Shown one piece after another: positions 9,419-19,678 of a DNA stretch of 64,000 nt (its first letter is position 1; the number at the start of each line of letters is the position of its first letter). The translations under genes and the position numbers were made by a program. Under the pieces are notes generated by a model. That model did not search any database and was not told where the DNA came from. It was given only the letters and a program-made list of their open reading frames with translations. The stretch comes from a virus, in IMG/VR virus record IMGVR_UViG_3300036715_002961, positions 24,801 through 88,800 of that record; one strand, given 5' to 3'.

Positions 9419-9441
9419 GTTTTCGGAAATGCAAGAGTCGG

Positions 9442-9762
9442 TCAGGGCGCCACGGGGGAGAGCTGCACGCCTTGGGAGCGCAGCGAGTCGAGGTCGTAGG
9501 AGGCCGCGTTGACGATCTTCCCGGCGGGAAGGGTGTAAATGCAGCCATCGGCCGCGATCCGGGCGGCCGCGACGACGACGAAATCGCCGCTTTTGGGGGT
9601 GTGGTTGGGGACGAACTCGCGAACCGGAAAATCGGGCAACGCGAGATTGGGTGCGTCCTCGACGGCCGGTTGAACGTCGCTCGGAGCGACCAGCGGCGAG
9701 GCCGCTTCGTTGTCAGAGGCTGCAAGTTCTTCGACGGACATTTGAGCGCGTGCACGGGCCAT
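9442..9762 (-). CDS. Hypothetical protein downstream of the capsid gene
   Basis: 106-aa ORF with GAGG RBS, bounded by terminators. Confidence 0.6.
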   Translation of the reverse strand: MARARAQMSVEELAASDNEAASPLVAPSDVQPAVEDAPNLALPDFPVREFVPNHTPKSGDFVVVAAARIAADGCIYTLPAGKIVNAASYDLDSLRSQGVQLSPVAP

Positions 9763-9780
9763 GGGGAGAACCTCTCAGAG

Positions 9781-9814
9781 AAAAAAGGGGGCGACCGAAA
9801 CTTGGCCTCCCCCT
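9781..9814 (-). terminator. Rho-independent terminator after the major capsid gene
   Basis: AAGGGGGAGGCCAAG-TTT-CGGTCGCCCCCTT with T-run. Confidence 0.7.
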
Positions 9815-9844
9815 TCATAGCATTTGAATACCAACAGAACGAAA

Positions 9845-11245
9845 TCAGTACCCAGCGTGCTGGAGAACGATCGCGCGTTTGAAGCGCTCGGGGCCGCTCG
9901 GGGCGAGAATGTCCGACGGCGGCGTGAAGCTCGTCGTGATCGACCAGGTATGCGAGACCTTCTGCTGCATACGGTCGACCGGCGCGCGCATGATCAGGCG
10001 GATCCGGTCGGTCATGATCGCGACGCCGTTGTTGACGATGTCGAACATGCCGGTCTTGCCCGTGATGCCCGCTTCGGTCGTGAAAAGCCCCTCGTCGAGG
10101 TACTTTTCAACGAGCGCGCCCTTGCCCGTCAGGATCGTGTGCCCGATGGGAACACCGTTCGCGTTGACGATTTCGTTGCCGAGATCCGGAGCGTAGAACG
10201 ACGAGGTTCCGGTGGAGACGAGCGAGCCGGTATTGGTCGTTTCCGGCGCGTCGGTGTTGAGGAAGAACATGATCCCCGACGTCTGGCCGATGAAACCTTC
10301 GCGGTACGCGGCACCATCGGGAAGGCTCTGGTTGAGCCGCTGGTAGACGGGATCGGAGAAGATCTGTGCGTTGGTCAGCGGCGAAATGTGCGCGTGGTAG
10401 AACCCGTCGTCGTGCGGGGTGACGTTGTGGCGTCGGAGGTACGCGACCGCGTTGATCACCTGCTGGAGAAGGAACGTGTCAGTCGCCGCAATCGAGTCAA
10501 CCGACGTTCCGCCAGAGGGGCGAACGATGCGGCTCGCGTAGACGGAAACGATCGGGGAGCGAGCAACGAAGGCGGCGCCCACTGCGGCGGAGAGCAGGAG
10601 CTGACCGGGGCCGTAAACGTCGGCGGGGTCGTTGGGCGTAAACCCGATGACATAGCAGCGCTTCTTGGCTACGCCGGTCCCGACGTCGATCGGGAGCGCG
10701 TAGGTGGCAGAGACCGGCTGCGGGCGGGCGCTGACGTTCGGGAGAAGAACGTCGATGAACCCGTTGAGGGACGCGACGGCGATGGTCGTATCGGTAGCGC
10801 CGATGGCGGCGGTCGCGACCGTGTTGCCGGCGAGGTACGCCCGGAACAGATTGTTGCGCGCAATTCGGTTGACCGACATGCCGGCTTGCAGGCCCTGCTG
10901 GCGAATGTTGGTCAGGAACAGGTTCGCAGCGGCGACTGTCGAGGTCGGCATGTGCGTGTCCATCGTCGCGCCGAACTGCTGGATCCGAGCAACCCACTGC
11001 TCGTAGATCATCGGCGTCGGCAGCGGGTCTTCGCCCGGCGTCAGCGGCTTGGTCACGGCCGGGAGAAGGCCCGGACGCGACATGATGATCTCTTCACCCG
11101 CACCCGACGGGAACTCTTCCGAAACCGCTTCTGCGCGGAACTGGATCGTCGGGAAAAGGGAGTCGTGAAACGCGCGTTCGAGAGCGCCGGTCTGAATGAG
11201 ATCGGCGATCTGGGCGGGCATGATTGACGCGAGCTGATTGGCCAT
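9845..11245 (-). CDS. Major capsid protein
   Basis: 466 aa; follows the scaffold; HK97-fold-like segments (LTPGEDP, YHAHISP, GFIGQTSGIMF, D.MQQKVSHTW); own terminator. Confidence 0.85.
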   Translation of the reverse strand: MANQLASIMPAQIADLIQTGALERAFHDSLFPTIQFRAEAVSEEFPSGAGEEIIMSRPGLLPAVTKPLTPGEDPLPTPMIYEQWVARIQQFGATMDTHMPTSTVAAANLFLTNIRQQGLQAGMSVNRIARNNLFRAYLAGNTVATAAIGATDTTIAVASLNGFIDVLLPNVSARPQPVSATYALPIDVGTGVAKKRCYVIGFTPNDPADVYGPGQLLLSAAVGAAFVARSPIVSVYASRIVRPSGGTSVDSIAATDTFLLQQVINAVAYLRRHNVTPHDDGFYHAHISPLTNAQIFSDPVYQRLNQSLPDGAAYREGFIGQTSGIMFFLNTDAPETTNTGSLVSTGTSSFYAPDLGNEIVNANGVPIGHTILTGKGALVEKYLDEGLFTTEAGITGKTGMFDIVNNGVAIMTDRIRLIMRAPVDRMQQKVSHTWSITTSFTPPSDILAPSGPERFKRAIVLQHAGY

Positions 11246-11364
11246 GGGGAAACCTCGATTGATGGAAAGTTGCGTTCCCCGGAATCCACCTGTTACCGCC
11301 GGCGTCGCGTGTTGGGGTTCGCCACAGTCGCACTTTCAAAAAGATCGTGTCAAACCAGGGGCAC

Positions 11365-11396
11365 AAAAAAAGAACCGCCCCGGCGAAGGGGCGGTT
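11365..11396 (-). terminator. Rho-independent terminator after the scaffold gene
   Basis: AACCGCCCC-TTCGCC-GGGGCGGTT followed by CTTTTTTT. Confidence 0.8.
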
Positions 11397-11423
11397 TGGA
11401 GAGGAACCCGGGTTCTCGTCCGG

Positions 11424-12248
11424 TTAGACGGTGTAACCCTTTTGCCGCATAGCTGCGCGGAACTCCTCTTTCGAGAGTTTCCGCATGTCCACAACGCCGT
11501 TGCCACCCGCTGCGTCGACGCGGGGTTCCGCTTCGGGACCCGGGTCTTTGGGGCCGGTTTGAAGCGGGGTCTTGGGGACCTGAGGAGGGGTGTACCCCTT
11601 GGCGCGGGCGGGATGCTTGGCAATGTAGTCCTTGATGAAGGAATTTACCGCTTTGCGTCCAGATCCGGCCTGGTAGGCATCAGGGTTCCGCTTGATGTCG
11701 CGAGCGAGCTTGTCGGCGACGACGTCGTGGTACTCAGGGTCGACGACCGCTTCGAGGGCCGATTTGACCAGGAACGCGCCCGCGCGTTCAGCCGCTCGGA
11801 TCTCGACGCGCTCGACGCGGGCTTCGGCCTGCTCGCGAAGCTTGCGCTCGCTTGCCAGCTCTTCGCGCCTCCGCTCGTCTTCGGAGAGCTTGGCTTTGCG
11901 GTTTTCTTCTTCGCGAGCGCGAAGGGTTTTGAGTTCCTCTTGGCTCGCTTTGATGGCTTCGACGTCGTCGGTGCCGAACAGCTCGCGGAGCTGCGCCTTG
12001 GACGCGCGCGCGAGGCGAGCCGCGAATTTCTTTTTCGAGAGCTGAATGACTTGATCGCCTTCGAGATCATCGTCGTCATCGTCGCTCTCGCCGCTCGTCG
12101 TGCCCGCGGGAGCGGTCGAGGGGGAAGCCGCCGGCGGCGCAGCGGGCGCGGGTGGGGAGGGGGAGGGGGGCGAACCAGCCGCCGGGGGCGTCGCGGGGGC
12201 CGCGGGCTCGGTCGGCTGATTCGGGTCGGTCGGGGAGAGTTGCGCCAT
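11424..12248 (-). CDS. Capsid scaffolding protein
   Basis: Pro/acidic N-terminus, central coiled coil (AKLSEDERRREEL), basic C-terminal helix; directly upstream of the capsid gene. Confidence 0.8.
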   Translation of the reverse strand: MAQLSPTDPNQPTEPAAPATPPAAGSPPSPSPPAPAAPPAASPSTAPAGTTSGESDDDDDDLEGDQVIQLSKKKFAARLARASKAQLRELFGTDDVEAIKASQEELKTLRAREEENRKAKLSEDERRREELASERKLREQAEARVERVEIRAAERAGAFLVKSALEAVVDPEYHDVVADKLARDIKRNPDAYQAGSGRKAVNSFIKDYIAKHPARAKGYTPPQVPKTPLQTGPKDPGPEAEPRVDAAGGNGVVDMRKLSKEEFRAAMRQKGYTV

Positions 12249-12263
12249 TTTTGAGGTCCTAGG

Positions 12264-12941
12264 TCAGATGATCGGGGAGACGGCCGCGAGCTGCGTCGGA
12301 AGCGACGTCGCCCGGTCGACCGCGAGCTTGACCGTCGCCTTTGTCACGGCGTCGGCGCCCGCGAAGGTAATCGTCGTCTTAGCCAAATTCAAGCGAGCTT
12401 GACCGGCGGCCGGCACCCCAGCACCGGGGGCGAGGACGATCTTTCGACCGGCCGCAGTCCCGACGTCTGCGTTGACTTCCTCGGCGAGGATCGTCGAACC
12501 CGCGTAGGCCGCGGGGAGCGTCAGAACATTGGCCACAACGGGGCCGGTGTATTCGACCACGTCGTGCTGTTCGGGGACGTAGAGAACGTCGACGTTGGTC
12601 TGGGCGTCGGCGGCGAGAAACGCAATATCGCCCGACGGCGTGATGGCCGCCTGCCCGGTCGCCGGGGTCGTTCCGAACCCCACGATCGTCATTTCGCCGG
12701 GGACTCCGCCCGCGAGAACCGTCACGCGGAGAAGCGACGCGGCCTTCGCGTCGTCGGGGAGTTTGATCGTTTGAAGCGTCGTGAGGCTCGACGGATCGGC
12801 CGCCGGGGTCGCACCGCGAATGACAGTCGGAAGGGACAAGAGAAGCGAGCCGAACTGAATGAACTTGAGGAGGTCGGCGACCTGCCCCGCGGTGATTCGG
12901 TTGGCGACACTCTTGAGGCTGTTTGCGAGAAGATTGATCAT
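12264..12941 (-). CDS. Probable virion structural (head decoration-like) protein
   Basis: 225 aa Ala/Thr/Val-rich beta protein in the head module; AAAGGA RBS. Confidence 0.5.
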   Translation of the reverse strand: MINLLANSLKSVANRITAGQVADLLKFIQFGSLLLSLPTVIRGATPAADPSSLTTLQTIKLPDDAKAASLLRVTVLAGGVPGEMTIVGFGTTPATGQAAITPSGDIAFLAADAQTNVDVLYVPEQHDVVEYTGPVVANVLTLPAAYAGSTILAEEVNADVGTAAGRKIVLAPGAGVPAAGQARLNLAKTTITFAGADAVTKATVKLAVDRATSLPTQLAAVSPII

Positions 12942-12956
12942 GATCCGAGGGTCCTT

Positions 12957-13340
12957 TCAGAGATTGCCGCTGGCGCAGAACTCGGCGCTAGCGACGCCCA
13001 TGACTTCGGCGAGAACCACTCGGTTGGACGAGGGGAACGTCGCGAAAAAGAGGGTATCGACGGCGAACGTCGCGGTCGAATTGTCCTTGTACGTCAAACG
13101 CAGCACCAGAGGGCTCGAGCATTTGAGGTAAAAGAAATCGGCTTCTTTGACGCTCAGCGGGCCGACCACGGGGAGGGGCACGAACGCCACGGCCGATGAA
13201 ACAGAAGCGGCGCCAGTCTGCCGAGAGCCAGACGGTTGCACCAGCTCGAAGGGAAGGTTCGCGATGGAGGCTGTCGGGCTGCACGAGTCAACCGCGCCGC
13301 CGCCGATGACGACGGCCCCGCGCATGACGACCGATTCCAT
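12957..13340 (-). CDS. Hypothetical beta-rich protein, head module
   Basis: 127-aa ORF translationally coupled to its neighbour. Confidence 0.55.
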   Translation of the reverse strand: MESVVMRGAVVIGGGAVDSCSPTASIANLPFELVQPSGSRQTGAASVSSAVAFVPLPVVGPLSVKEADFFYLKCSSPLVLRLTYKDNSTATFAVDTLFFATFPSSNRVVLAEVMGVASAEFCASGNL

Positions 13341-13537
13341 CAGCCGCCGCCGTTGAGTTTGAACGGCGTGTTGGTCGCGCCGCGCGGGGTCGGCGGGTTG
13401 ATGATCAGGCGGATGCCGCCCGGCGGGATCGTCTCAGGGTTCGGACCTTGCGGCGACGAAACGGGACACGAGTTGCGCGTGGGAGCGGGGGCGGGGGTCG
13501 ACGAGGACGGGGAACCGCCGAAGGGGAGATTGCTCAT
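13340..13537 (-). CDS. Small proline-rich protein
   Basis: 65 aa; GAGGTG RBS; stop overlaps the next start. Confidence 0.55.
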   Translation of the reverse strand: MSNLPFGGSPSSSTPAPAPTRNSCPVSSPQGPNPETIPPGGIRLIINPPTPRGATNTPFKLNGGG

Positions 13538-13541
13538 GATT

Positions 13542-13730
13542 TCACCTCAATACGAAGGATTTGGGGGGAGTTGCGATGGGAAGGCGTGGGAGCGTGGGAG
13601 GATGATTTGGCGTCGTGTCGACGCGTTCGCCCGCGACTCTCGGGTCGATTTTGGAGACCGGGGCGGTCGGCATTTTAGGAGCGCCCGCGGGGACGGGCGG
13701 CGAAGTGATTTTGAACGGGGGTTTCGCCAC
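13542..13730 (-). CDS. Small proline-rich protein
   Basis: GTG start (VAKPPFKITSPP...), 62 aa, TATCGT hexamer 6 nt upstream. Confidence 0.5.
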   Translation of the reverse strand: MAKPPFKITSPPVPAGAPKMPTAPVSKIDPRVAGERVDTTPNHPPTLPRLPIATPPKSFVLR

Positions 13731-13756
13731 GCGGCGACGATACGGGAACCCGGGTT

Positions 13757-14785
13757 CTATCGGCGCCGCCCCGCTCCAATTTCGGATCGGGGGACGGTCG
13801 AGAGCAGGGGTCGCGGGGGAGGCGAGCCCTTGCGACCTTCGCTTCGCCAGCGCGCGAGAACCTCGGCGTCGGTTCGAGGGGTCAGGTACTTGGGTAACGG
13901 CCAAGTAATTTTGTGCAGAACGACGATCTCGCGGTCGTTCGGTCGCGCGGGTGGATTTTCGATTTTCCCTTGCCACGTGTCGAACGACTCGCCGATGCGG
14001 CGGATTTGTCCATGCACTGCGTAGGAGTCGGCCGAGGTTCGATCGTCAAACGTAGCACTGAGGATCCGAAGCAGTTTCCCGCCGCCGACTTGCCGACCGA
14101 CCTCTTCGTGAGTCTCGGCCGCGGCGCGGTTATAGGCACCCATGGTCTCGGTGCGAACAATCCGCTCGGCCCAATAGCGCGGCGACTCTTGCAAAAATGG
14201 CGACTCGGCCGTGATGTCGCGTTCCATGTCGGACCAGCTTTTGCGCTGGATCACTCCCTGCTGGAGACGCGCTTCAAACTGGCCGATGACGCCGGTCCCA
14301 TATCGCTCCAAAATGCCGGCTTTCGCGCGGTGGGTTTCGTCGAGGCCGTTGCGCGCCCCTTCGCCCGACGTTCCGAGGCGCTGTAGGATGGAGGCTCGCG
14401 CGCCCTCGCTTGCTACGTCGAGGGCTTTTGCCTCGTTGAACGCCAGCGGCTGGACGATCCCGGCGAAGCTCGTCTCGGCGACGTTTAGGTAGGTTTGCGT
14501 GTGGTCGACGGCGGCGGCCGCGGCTTGCTCGCCATTTTCGAGGACGACGGCCGCAATGGCTGGTTGGAGATCGCGAAGAACCGCACGCACCTGGACGAGC
14601 GCGGTGTTCATTTGCTCCAGGGTGAAGGTACCAGCGCCGCGACCGCCGCGCGTGTAGCGCGCGATGCGCACTTCGAGTTCGGCCTGCGAATCCCGCAAGA
14701 TCCCCAGCAAACGCTGACGCCCGACTGTCTCAGACAGTCGGGCCGCTTGCATCTGGTTCAATCGCATAACCTCGAAGGGCGTCAA
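13757..14785 (-). CDS. Minor head protein, MuF / SPP1 gp7 family
   Basis: AERIVRTETMGAYN and PPARPNDRE motifs; directly downstream of the portal. Confidence 0.85.
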   Translation of the reverse strand: MTPFEVMRLNQMQAARLSETVGRQRLLGILRDSQAELEVRIARYTRGGRGAGTFTLEQMNTALVQVRAVLRDLQPAIAAVVLENGEQAAAAAVDHTQTYLNVAETSFAGIVQPLAFNEAKALDVASEGARASILQRLGTSGEGARNGLDETHRAKAGILERYGTGVIGQFEARLQQGVIQRKSWSDMERDITAESPFLQESPRYWAERIVRTETMGAYNRAAAETHEEVGRQVGGGKLLRILSATFDDRTSADSYAVHGQIRRIGESFDTWQGKIENPPARPNDREIVVLHKITWPLPKYLTPRTDAEVLARWRSEGRKGSPPPRPLLSTVPRSEIGAGRRR

Positions 14786-16503
14786 ATTTCGTCGTCCTCT
14801 TCGTCGTCCTCTTCATCGCCGGCCGCGGGCGGAGCATGCGCGCCTGGCTTGGGCGTTTCAAACGGGGGGAACATGCCCGCCGCCTCTTCGGCCGCAGCCG
14901 CCTTTTCCTTGGCAGCTTGCGCGTTGATGCGCTCCCATTCTTTGACGGGGTCGAGGCCGAGCTGGCGGGCCATGACCTCGGATGCGCCTTGCTTCGAAAC
15001 GAATGCCTTGCCGCCGGTGCTCGTCTGCAACGTCATGGCCGTCGCGCTTTGGTCCGCGGGGGTCGGCGGGAAGTAGTCGGGCCAAATGAGGTCGAGTTCT
15101 TCAGATTTCCCAGGGTTGCGCTCGACGTATTGAACCTGCTTTTGAACGGTCCCATCGGGAAGCGCGATGTCGGTTTCAACCACGCGCGGGGGCATCATCG
15201 TCGAGAGGCGCGCTTCGACCTGCATACCGTCGCGTTGAACGAGGATAGTTTTTCCGGCGTTCGCCCGGGCGACTTTCAGCATGTTCTGGACGATGTTTTT
15301 GATCGATCGCCCGTATTGCGTGCGAAGAATGTCGCATTGAGCCAGCATCGGCGCATAGATCGCGCGGATGGCGACAGACGACATGCCTTGAGCGGCGAGC
15401 TGCTCGGCGTCTGGGATAACGCAGGCGGTGCATTCGAGAATTTGAGAGCGAATCGTCGCGACCTGCTTCGCGCCCGCTTCGATGGAAGTTCCTGAAAGTT
15501 CCAGGTATTCCGCCGACCCGCTTTCGCCGACAATCAACGCGTTGTCTGAGCCTTTCTTGATGCCTCCACGGGAGACTTCTTCGGGGTCCATGCCGAGGAC
15601 AAGAGTAGGATCCGAGTTCTTCGTCGCGCCGTAGGTCGTGGTCGAGTTCAGCGCGTCGAGCGAGTCAAACTGCGACCACATGTTCTCGTAGTCCGATTGA
15701 CCGTCGACGCCTTTCGCGGGAATGTTCTGGATCCATTCCATGTGCGTAATGCCGTCTTTGTGCTCGACGGTTCGCTCGACGTCGACAACCCATTCGGGCA
15801 TTTTGCCCGCTTCGGCCGGAACGGTCTTGAAGATAATGTCGGCGTCGGGAGTCCAGTCGCGGCGGTACCAGTAGGGGATCTCGGCAAACTCGCGTCCGTT
15901 CCAGCCAGTCTTGTGAATGACGTAGACCTCGGAAACGTGCCGCAACATCAGCTTGTTTCGATCACGCCACGAATGGACGAACAGGTTCTTCGCTTGATGG
16001 GTTTCAAAGCGAGGAACTCCGTTGTCGTAGCACCAGGAAATCGCCGCGGTGCCGGAGTTTCCACCGTACATGCGACATTGAATCATCGCGTGAGCCAGCT
16101 CACCGAACTTGGCGATGGCGCTGGCGAAATCCGTTGCTTCCGCATCGCCCGGGGCCAATAACGACGGGAACCGGCCGTCGGAAAAGAGCAAGGCCGTGAA
16201 TGCGTCGACGATCTTTTTGGGCAGGCGGTAGGGAGCTGAGGGTCGGCGGTCGAGGATCGGGACCGTAAACGGCGCGGGGGCCGACGCGGACAACGGCGAA
16301 GAACGGTCGGTGACGGCGCACCCTTCGATGTTGTAGGCCTTGTGGTCGTGTTGCTTACCCTCGTAGAAACTCTCTTTGAAGGCAAGGTTCGTGTAGCGCT
16401 GACCAGAGAGGATCACGCTCGGGTTGAACGACGATTCGCTGTTTGAACCGGTCGTCGAGAAGTTGATCGGGTTTTGGGGGGAGTCGACCGGAAAATTGCT
16501 CAT
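14782..16503 (-). CDS. Portal protein (SPP1 gp6-like)
   Basis: 573 aa; FYEGKQH, KIVDAFTALLF, GQSDYE, SSVAIRAIYAPM motifs; acidic tail; upstream of MuF. Confidence 0.85.
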   Translation of the reverse strand: MSNFPVDSPQNPINFSTTGSNSESSFNPSVILSGQRYTNLAFKESFYEGKQHDHKAYNIEGCAVTDRSSPLSASAPAPFTVPILDRRPSAPYRLPKKIVDAFTALLFSDGRFPSLLAPGDAEATDFASAIAKFGELAHAMIQCRMYGGNSGTAAISWCYDNGVPRFETHQAKNLFVHSWRDRNKLMLRHVSEVYVIHKTGWNGREFAEIPYWYRRDWTPDADIIFKTVPAEAGKMPEWVVDVERTVEHKDGITHMEWIQNIPAKGVDGQSDYENMWSQFDSLDALNSTTTYGATKNSDPTLVLGMDPEEVSRGGIKKGSDNALIVGESGSAEYLELSGTSIEAGAKQVATIRSQILECTACVIPDAEQLAAQGMSSVAIRAIYAPMLAQCDILRTQYGRSIKNIVQNMLKVARANAGKTILVQRDGMQVEARLSTMMPPRVVETDIALPDGTVQKQVQYVERNPGKSEELDLIWPDYFPPTPADQSATAMTLQTSTGGKAFVSKQGASEVMARQLGLDPVKEWERINAQAAKEKAAAAEEAAGMFPPFETPKPGAHAPPAAGDEEDDEEDDEI

Positions 16504-16763
16504 CGGATACCTCGCGCCGCGAGACTACCGTCGAGAGGACCGTCGTGGGAGGGGGGCGGCCCATTATCAGCCGAGGGCCGCTTGACGAGCATCGCCGCCG
16601 CTTCGGGCGTGACGACTTGCGACGACGAGCACCAGGCCGGATCGTCGTCTTCGTCCTCAGGGGAACCTGGGTTCCCCTCATGGGCCTCAAATTGAGAAAC
16701 GCGCTCGACGACCGCCTTAGCGATCATGAGCGCGAATCGGCGAATCGTAAGTCGGATTTGCAT
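16500..16763 (-). CDS. Hypothetical protein
   Basis: 87-aa ORF coupled to the portal start. Confidence 0.45.
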   Translation of the reverse strand: MQIRLTIRRFALMIAKAVVERVSQFEAHEGNPGSPEDEDDDPAWCSSSQVVTPEAAAMLVKRPSADNGPPPSHDGPLDGSLAARGIR

Positions 16764-16775
16764 CCGACTTACGTA

Positions 16776-18011
16776 TCAGAGAGCGTGCGAGAACTGAACC
16801 GACCAGCGGCCGGCCGCGTCGCGAACGCAGCCTCGGCGGATGGTTCCAGCGCCGTCACCGAACAGCGTGTAGCTCACCACGTCGGGAGCGGTCGCGCCCG
16901 AATAGGCGATCTGCACGTTGTTGATGCCCCACGTTACGCCGGTGATCGGGATCTCGGCCGCGCCCGCGCGAAGCTCGAACCCTTCGCCGAGGCGCCAGCC
17001 GGCGTGCTCGACGGTATGCGTTGAGCCATACAGCGACGCATCGCGGACGATGGGGCGGTTGTAGGCGACCTCGACGAAACCGGCTCCGAGAGCCGTTGCA
17101 GTGGGGTAGAGCGGGACGAAGTCGGCACGCCGGCGGATGTAGTCGCCGACCGCCTCGCCGTACATGAAGCCGAGATCGCGGGTTCCGGCGGCGTCCAAAT
17201 GGAAATCGCCGACCCAATAGGACAGGTGGGTTTTGGCGCCCACGAGGACGAATTTGTCGGGATGCGCGAGGTAGGTCGCGAGCATCACGTCGGGAATGTT
17301 TGACGCCTCGCCCGCGGGGATCGGCCACCCGGCGGACGGTTGCGTGAGGAACAGTTTGACGTCGCGCGTCTGGCCCGTGAGCGCCTTCAAGTCGGCGTTG
17401 TAGTCGGCCCACATTTGGAGCAGGTCTGCGCCGTAAGTCGCCGAGCCGTAGTCGGTCTCGCCGTGCGTCAGAACGACGGCGGAGATCTCGAACGCCTCGC
17501 CGGCGGTCGCGTACAGGTCTCGGAATTTCGTCATTTCTTGGATGGAACCCGTGTAGGACGGGACTGAACCCCCCTTCTTGATTCCGTCCATGCCTTGACC
17601 ATTTTGCCCGACGACCGCGTGGGCGGTTTTGGCGCGGACGCGCGAGTAGATCCGGTCGGCCATCGGGGTTGTGGGGCTCTGCCAGCCGACGTTGCTCGGC
17701 CATTCGGACGTGGATCCACCGCGCATCGGTTCGGATAGCGGCGCCAGCGACCAGCCAGACGACGGGCCGGTGAGGCCGACAAGCATTTCGCCGCGCGCCG
17801 ACGGGCCGGCGTAGACCGGGGGGTAGACAATATCGCCCGCGCGCCCGCCTACCGACAGAGACTGCCCGGTGCTGACGACGCCGAACGTTTTGCTGGGACC
17901 GGAGACGGGGCGGGGACGATGGAAGATCACGGGGTCGCTTTCGGGAGACGGTTCGAGCACGCACGCGCACGCGAGGACTGAGAAAATAGCGAGGAATTTT
18001 GCAGGGTTCAT
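16776..18011 (-). CDS. SGNH-family carbohydrate esterase (SASA/CE6-like) with lipoprotein signal
   Basis: GQSLS, HGETD and DFH catalytic blocks; N-terminal FLAIFSVLAC lipobox. Confidence 0.75.
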   Translation of the reverse strand: MNPAKFLAIFSVLACACVLEPSPESDPVIFHRPRPVSGPSKTFGVVSTGQSLSVGGRAGDIVYPPVYAGPSARGEMLVGLTGPSSGWSLAPLSEPMRGGSTSEWPSNVGWQSPTTPMADRIYSRVRAKTAHAVVGQNGQGMDGIKKGGSVPSYTGSIQEMTKFRDLYATAGEAFEISAVVLTHGETDYGSATYGADLLQMWADYNADLKALTGQTRDVKLFLTQPSAGWPIPAGEASNIPDVMLATYLAHPDKFVLVGAKTHLSYWVGDFHLDAAGTRDLGFMYGEAVGDYIRRRADFVPLYPTATALGAGFVEVAYNRPIVRDASLYGSTHTVEHAGWRLGEGFELRAGAAEIPITGVTWGINNVQIAYSGATAPDVVSYTLFGDGAGTIRRGCVRDAAGRWSVQFSHAL

Positions 18012-19582
18012 GGGATGTTGTAGGTCGAGCGGAGCGCCGACACGGCGCTCGTCACCTCCCCATCAGATAACCCACGATCCATGATCGACAAACGCTTCAG
18101 GTACGCGGGGGCGCGCGCGGTCGACGATTCGTTGTTTGCGTAGTTGGTCCGGTCGGCGATCGAACCGACGCCAGCGAGCGTGGACCACGCTCCGTCGTTG
18201 ATTTTCATCTGAAGATTTCCACCGGCAAATCGCCAGGTTAAGACGTGGTAGCCAGCGGGGACGGGGGTAGTTACGTGCTTGAACCCGCCGTCGAACAGGC
18301 CGCCCATGTAGATAGGGGTCCCGGCGTTGTCGTAGACGCCGAGGCCCCAGTAGGCACCGCCGCCGCCCGTGCCGATCAGCCGCGGAACATCGTGGAACTC
18401 GGTGCCGCCGACGATAACGGACGGAATGTTGAGGACCGCCATGAGCGTGAACGCGTCGGGAGCAAGGAAATCGTCGACGATGCTAGCGGGGACCGTCCAC
18501 AGTTGGTCGGCCGAGTTGCTGTAGGGGTCGTGCGTCGGGTCGGCGACGTCGACGGGACCCTTCGACGCAGCGCCCGCAACGGCGACAAAATCGATGGTCG
18601 TCCCGCTGCCGACGTAATGGGGAACGCGAGTCGCGTTGGTCCCGTCTCCGTCGAGGTCGAACTGCCAGCCAAGTGTGTCGTAGGAAAACGGCGGAACAAC
18701 CTCGGCGCTCGTCGGGAGACGCGTCAGAACGATGCTCGCGCACCATTCAACGATGTCGCCGGCCGATCCAGCGACGACGACCTTGGGCCGGTTCGTGCCC
18801 GCGTCCCAATCAAGGTAGGCCGTCCACAAGGCAGCTTTCGCGCCGTCGGAGACCATGCGGTCGAGGCTCGGTGACGCAAGGGGGTAGGTCACTACGCCCG
18901 CGCGGACAACAAAAGACGCGGAAATGTCGAATGTCGCAAAGTCTCCGCCGCCCTTGTATTTCGCGAGGACCTCGGCCGAAGCCTTGATGACGCCGTTCGT
19001 CGGAACGACGTTGCCCAGGCCCCAAGGGAACGTGATGGAGATCTCGGTGGCATCGTTGGTCGAAACGACGGCGGCGCTGGCGTCCTGCGCGAGCAATCCA
19101 GCGCCCGGCGGCGACCAGAGTTGCGAGGCCGTCGTGACCACGCCGCCGCCACTACCCGCGCCGGAATCGACGGCTTTGAGATACTCTTCGAGGTAGGGCG
19201 ACCAGCCGCGAGTTTGCCCACCGACGTTGAGGCTCGACGGATCGCCGAGGAAAGGGGGGATGATGCGCCCACTGGCTTCGGGGATCAAAACAGCCTTGCG
19301 CGTCGTCGAGCGGAACCCGTCGCGGTCGATGACTTCCAGCTCGATGAGGTAGCCGCCGGCGACGTCGGGCGTAAACGCGGTCTCGGGGACGTCGACTGCG
19401 AGGACACCAGCGACGAGGGCCGAGGCGGTCGGAGCGCTGAGCAAGGTCCAACGCAAGCGGGCGATCGAACCCGACGAGACGCTACGAGCTACGACCGGAA
19501 CAGCGACAGCTACCTCGGCGGCTGCGTCGGCGGGAAACGTGGTCGTCGATTGGGAAAATTGAAGTTTCGCGAGGACGCTCAT
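18008..19582 (-). CDS. Virion fibre-like protein with N-terminal Ig/PKD-like and C-terminal LamG/ConA-like domain
   Basis: WTLLSAP...FTPDVAGGYLIELEV; C-terminal YHVLTW...INDG...IMDRGLSDGEV. Confidence 0.6.
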   Translation of the reverse strand: MSVLAKLQFSQSTTTFPADAAAEVAVAVPVVARSVSSGSIARLRWTLLSAPTASALVAGVLAVDVPETAFTPDVAGGYLIELEVIDRDGFRSTTRKAVLIPEASGRIIPPFLGDPSSLNVGGQTRGWSPYLEEYLKAVDSGAGSGGGVVTTASQLWSPPGAGLLAQDASAAVVSTNDATEISITFPWGLGNVVPTNGVIKASAEVLAKYKGGGDFATFDISASFVVRAGVVTYPLASPSLDRMVSDGAKAALWTAYLDWDAGTNRPKVVVAGSAGDIVEWCASIVLTRLPTSAEVVPPFSYDTLGWQFDLDGDGTNATRVPHYVGSGTTIDFVAVAGAASKGPVDVADPTHDPYSNSADQLWTVPASIVDDFLAPDAFTLMAVLNIPSVIVGGTEFHDVPRLIGTGGGGAYWGLGVYDNAGTPIYMGGLFDGGFKHVTTPVPAGYHVLTWRFAGGNLQMKINDGAWSTLAGVGSIADRTNYANNESSTARAPAYLKRLSIMDRGLSDGEVTSAVSALRSTYNIP

Positions 19583-19678
19583 GGGCCAGAAATAGCAAAC
19601 GCCGAGCGGCGCTGTAGGCCGACTCGGCGAATGTCGTCGAAGAGGGGAACCCGGGTTCCCCTCGCGCGCGGGGGCGCG

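Noticed and set aside
11246-11364. TTGACA promoter and structured leader upstream of the capsid gene
   Set aside because: TTGACA has no convincing -10 at 16-18 nt, and the GAAAGTGCG/CGCAACTTTC pairing is too short to support a call.
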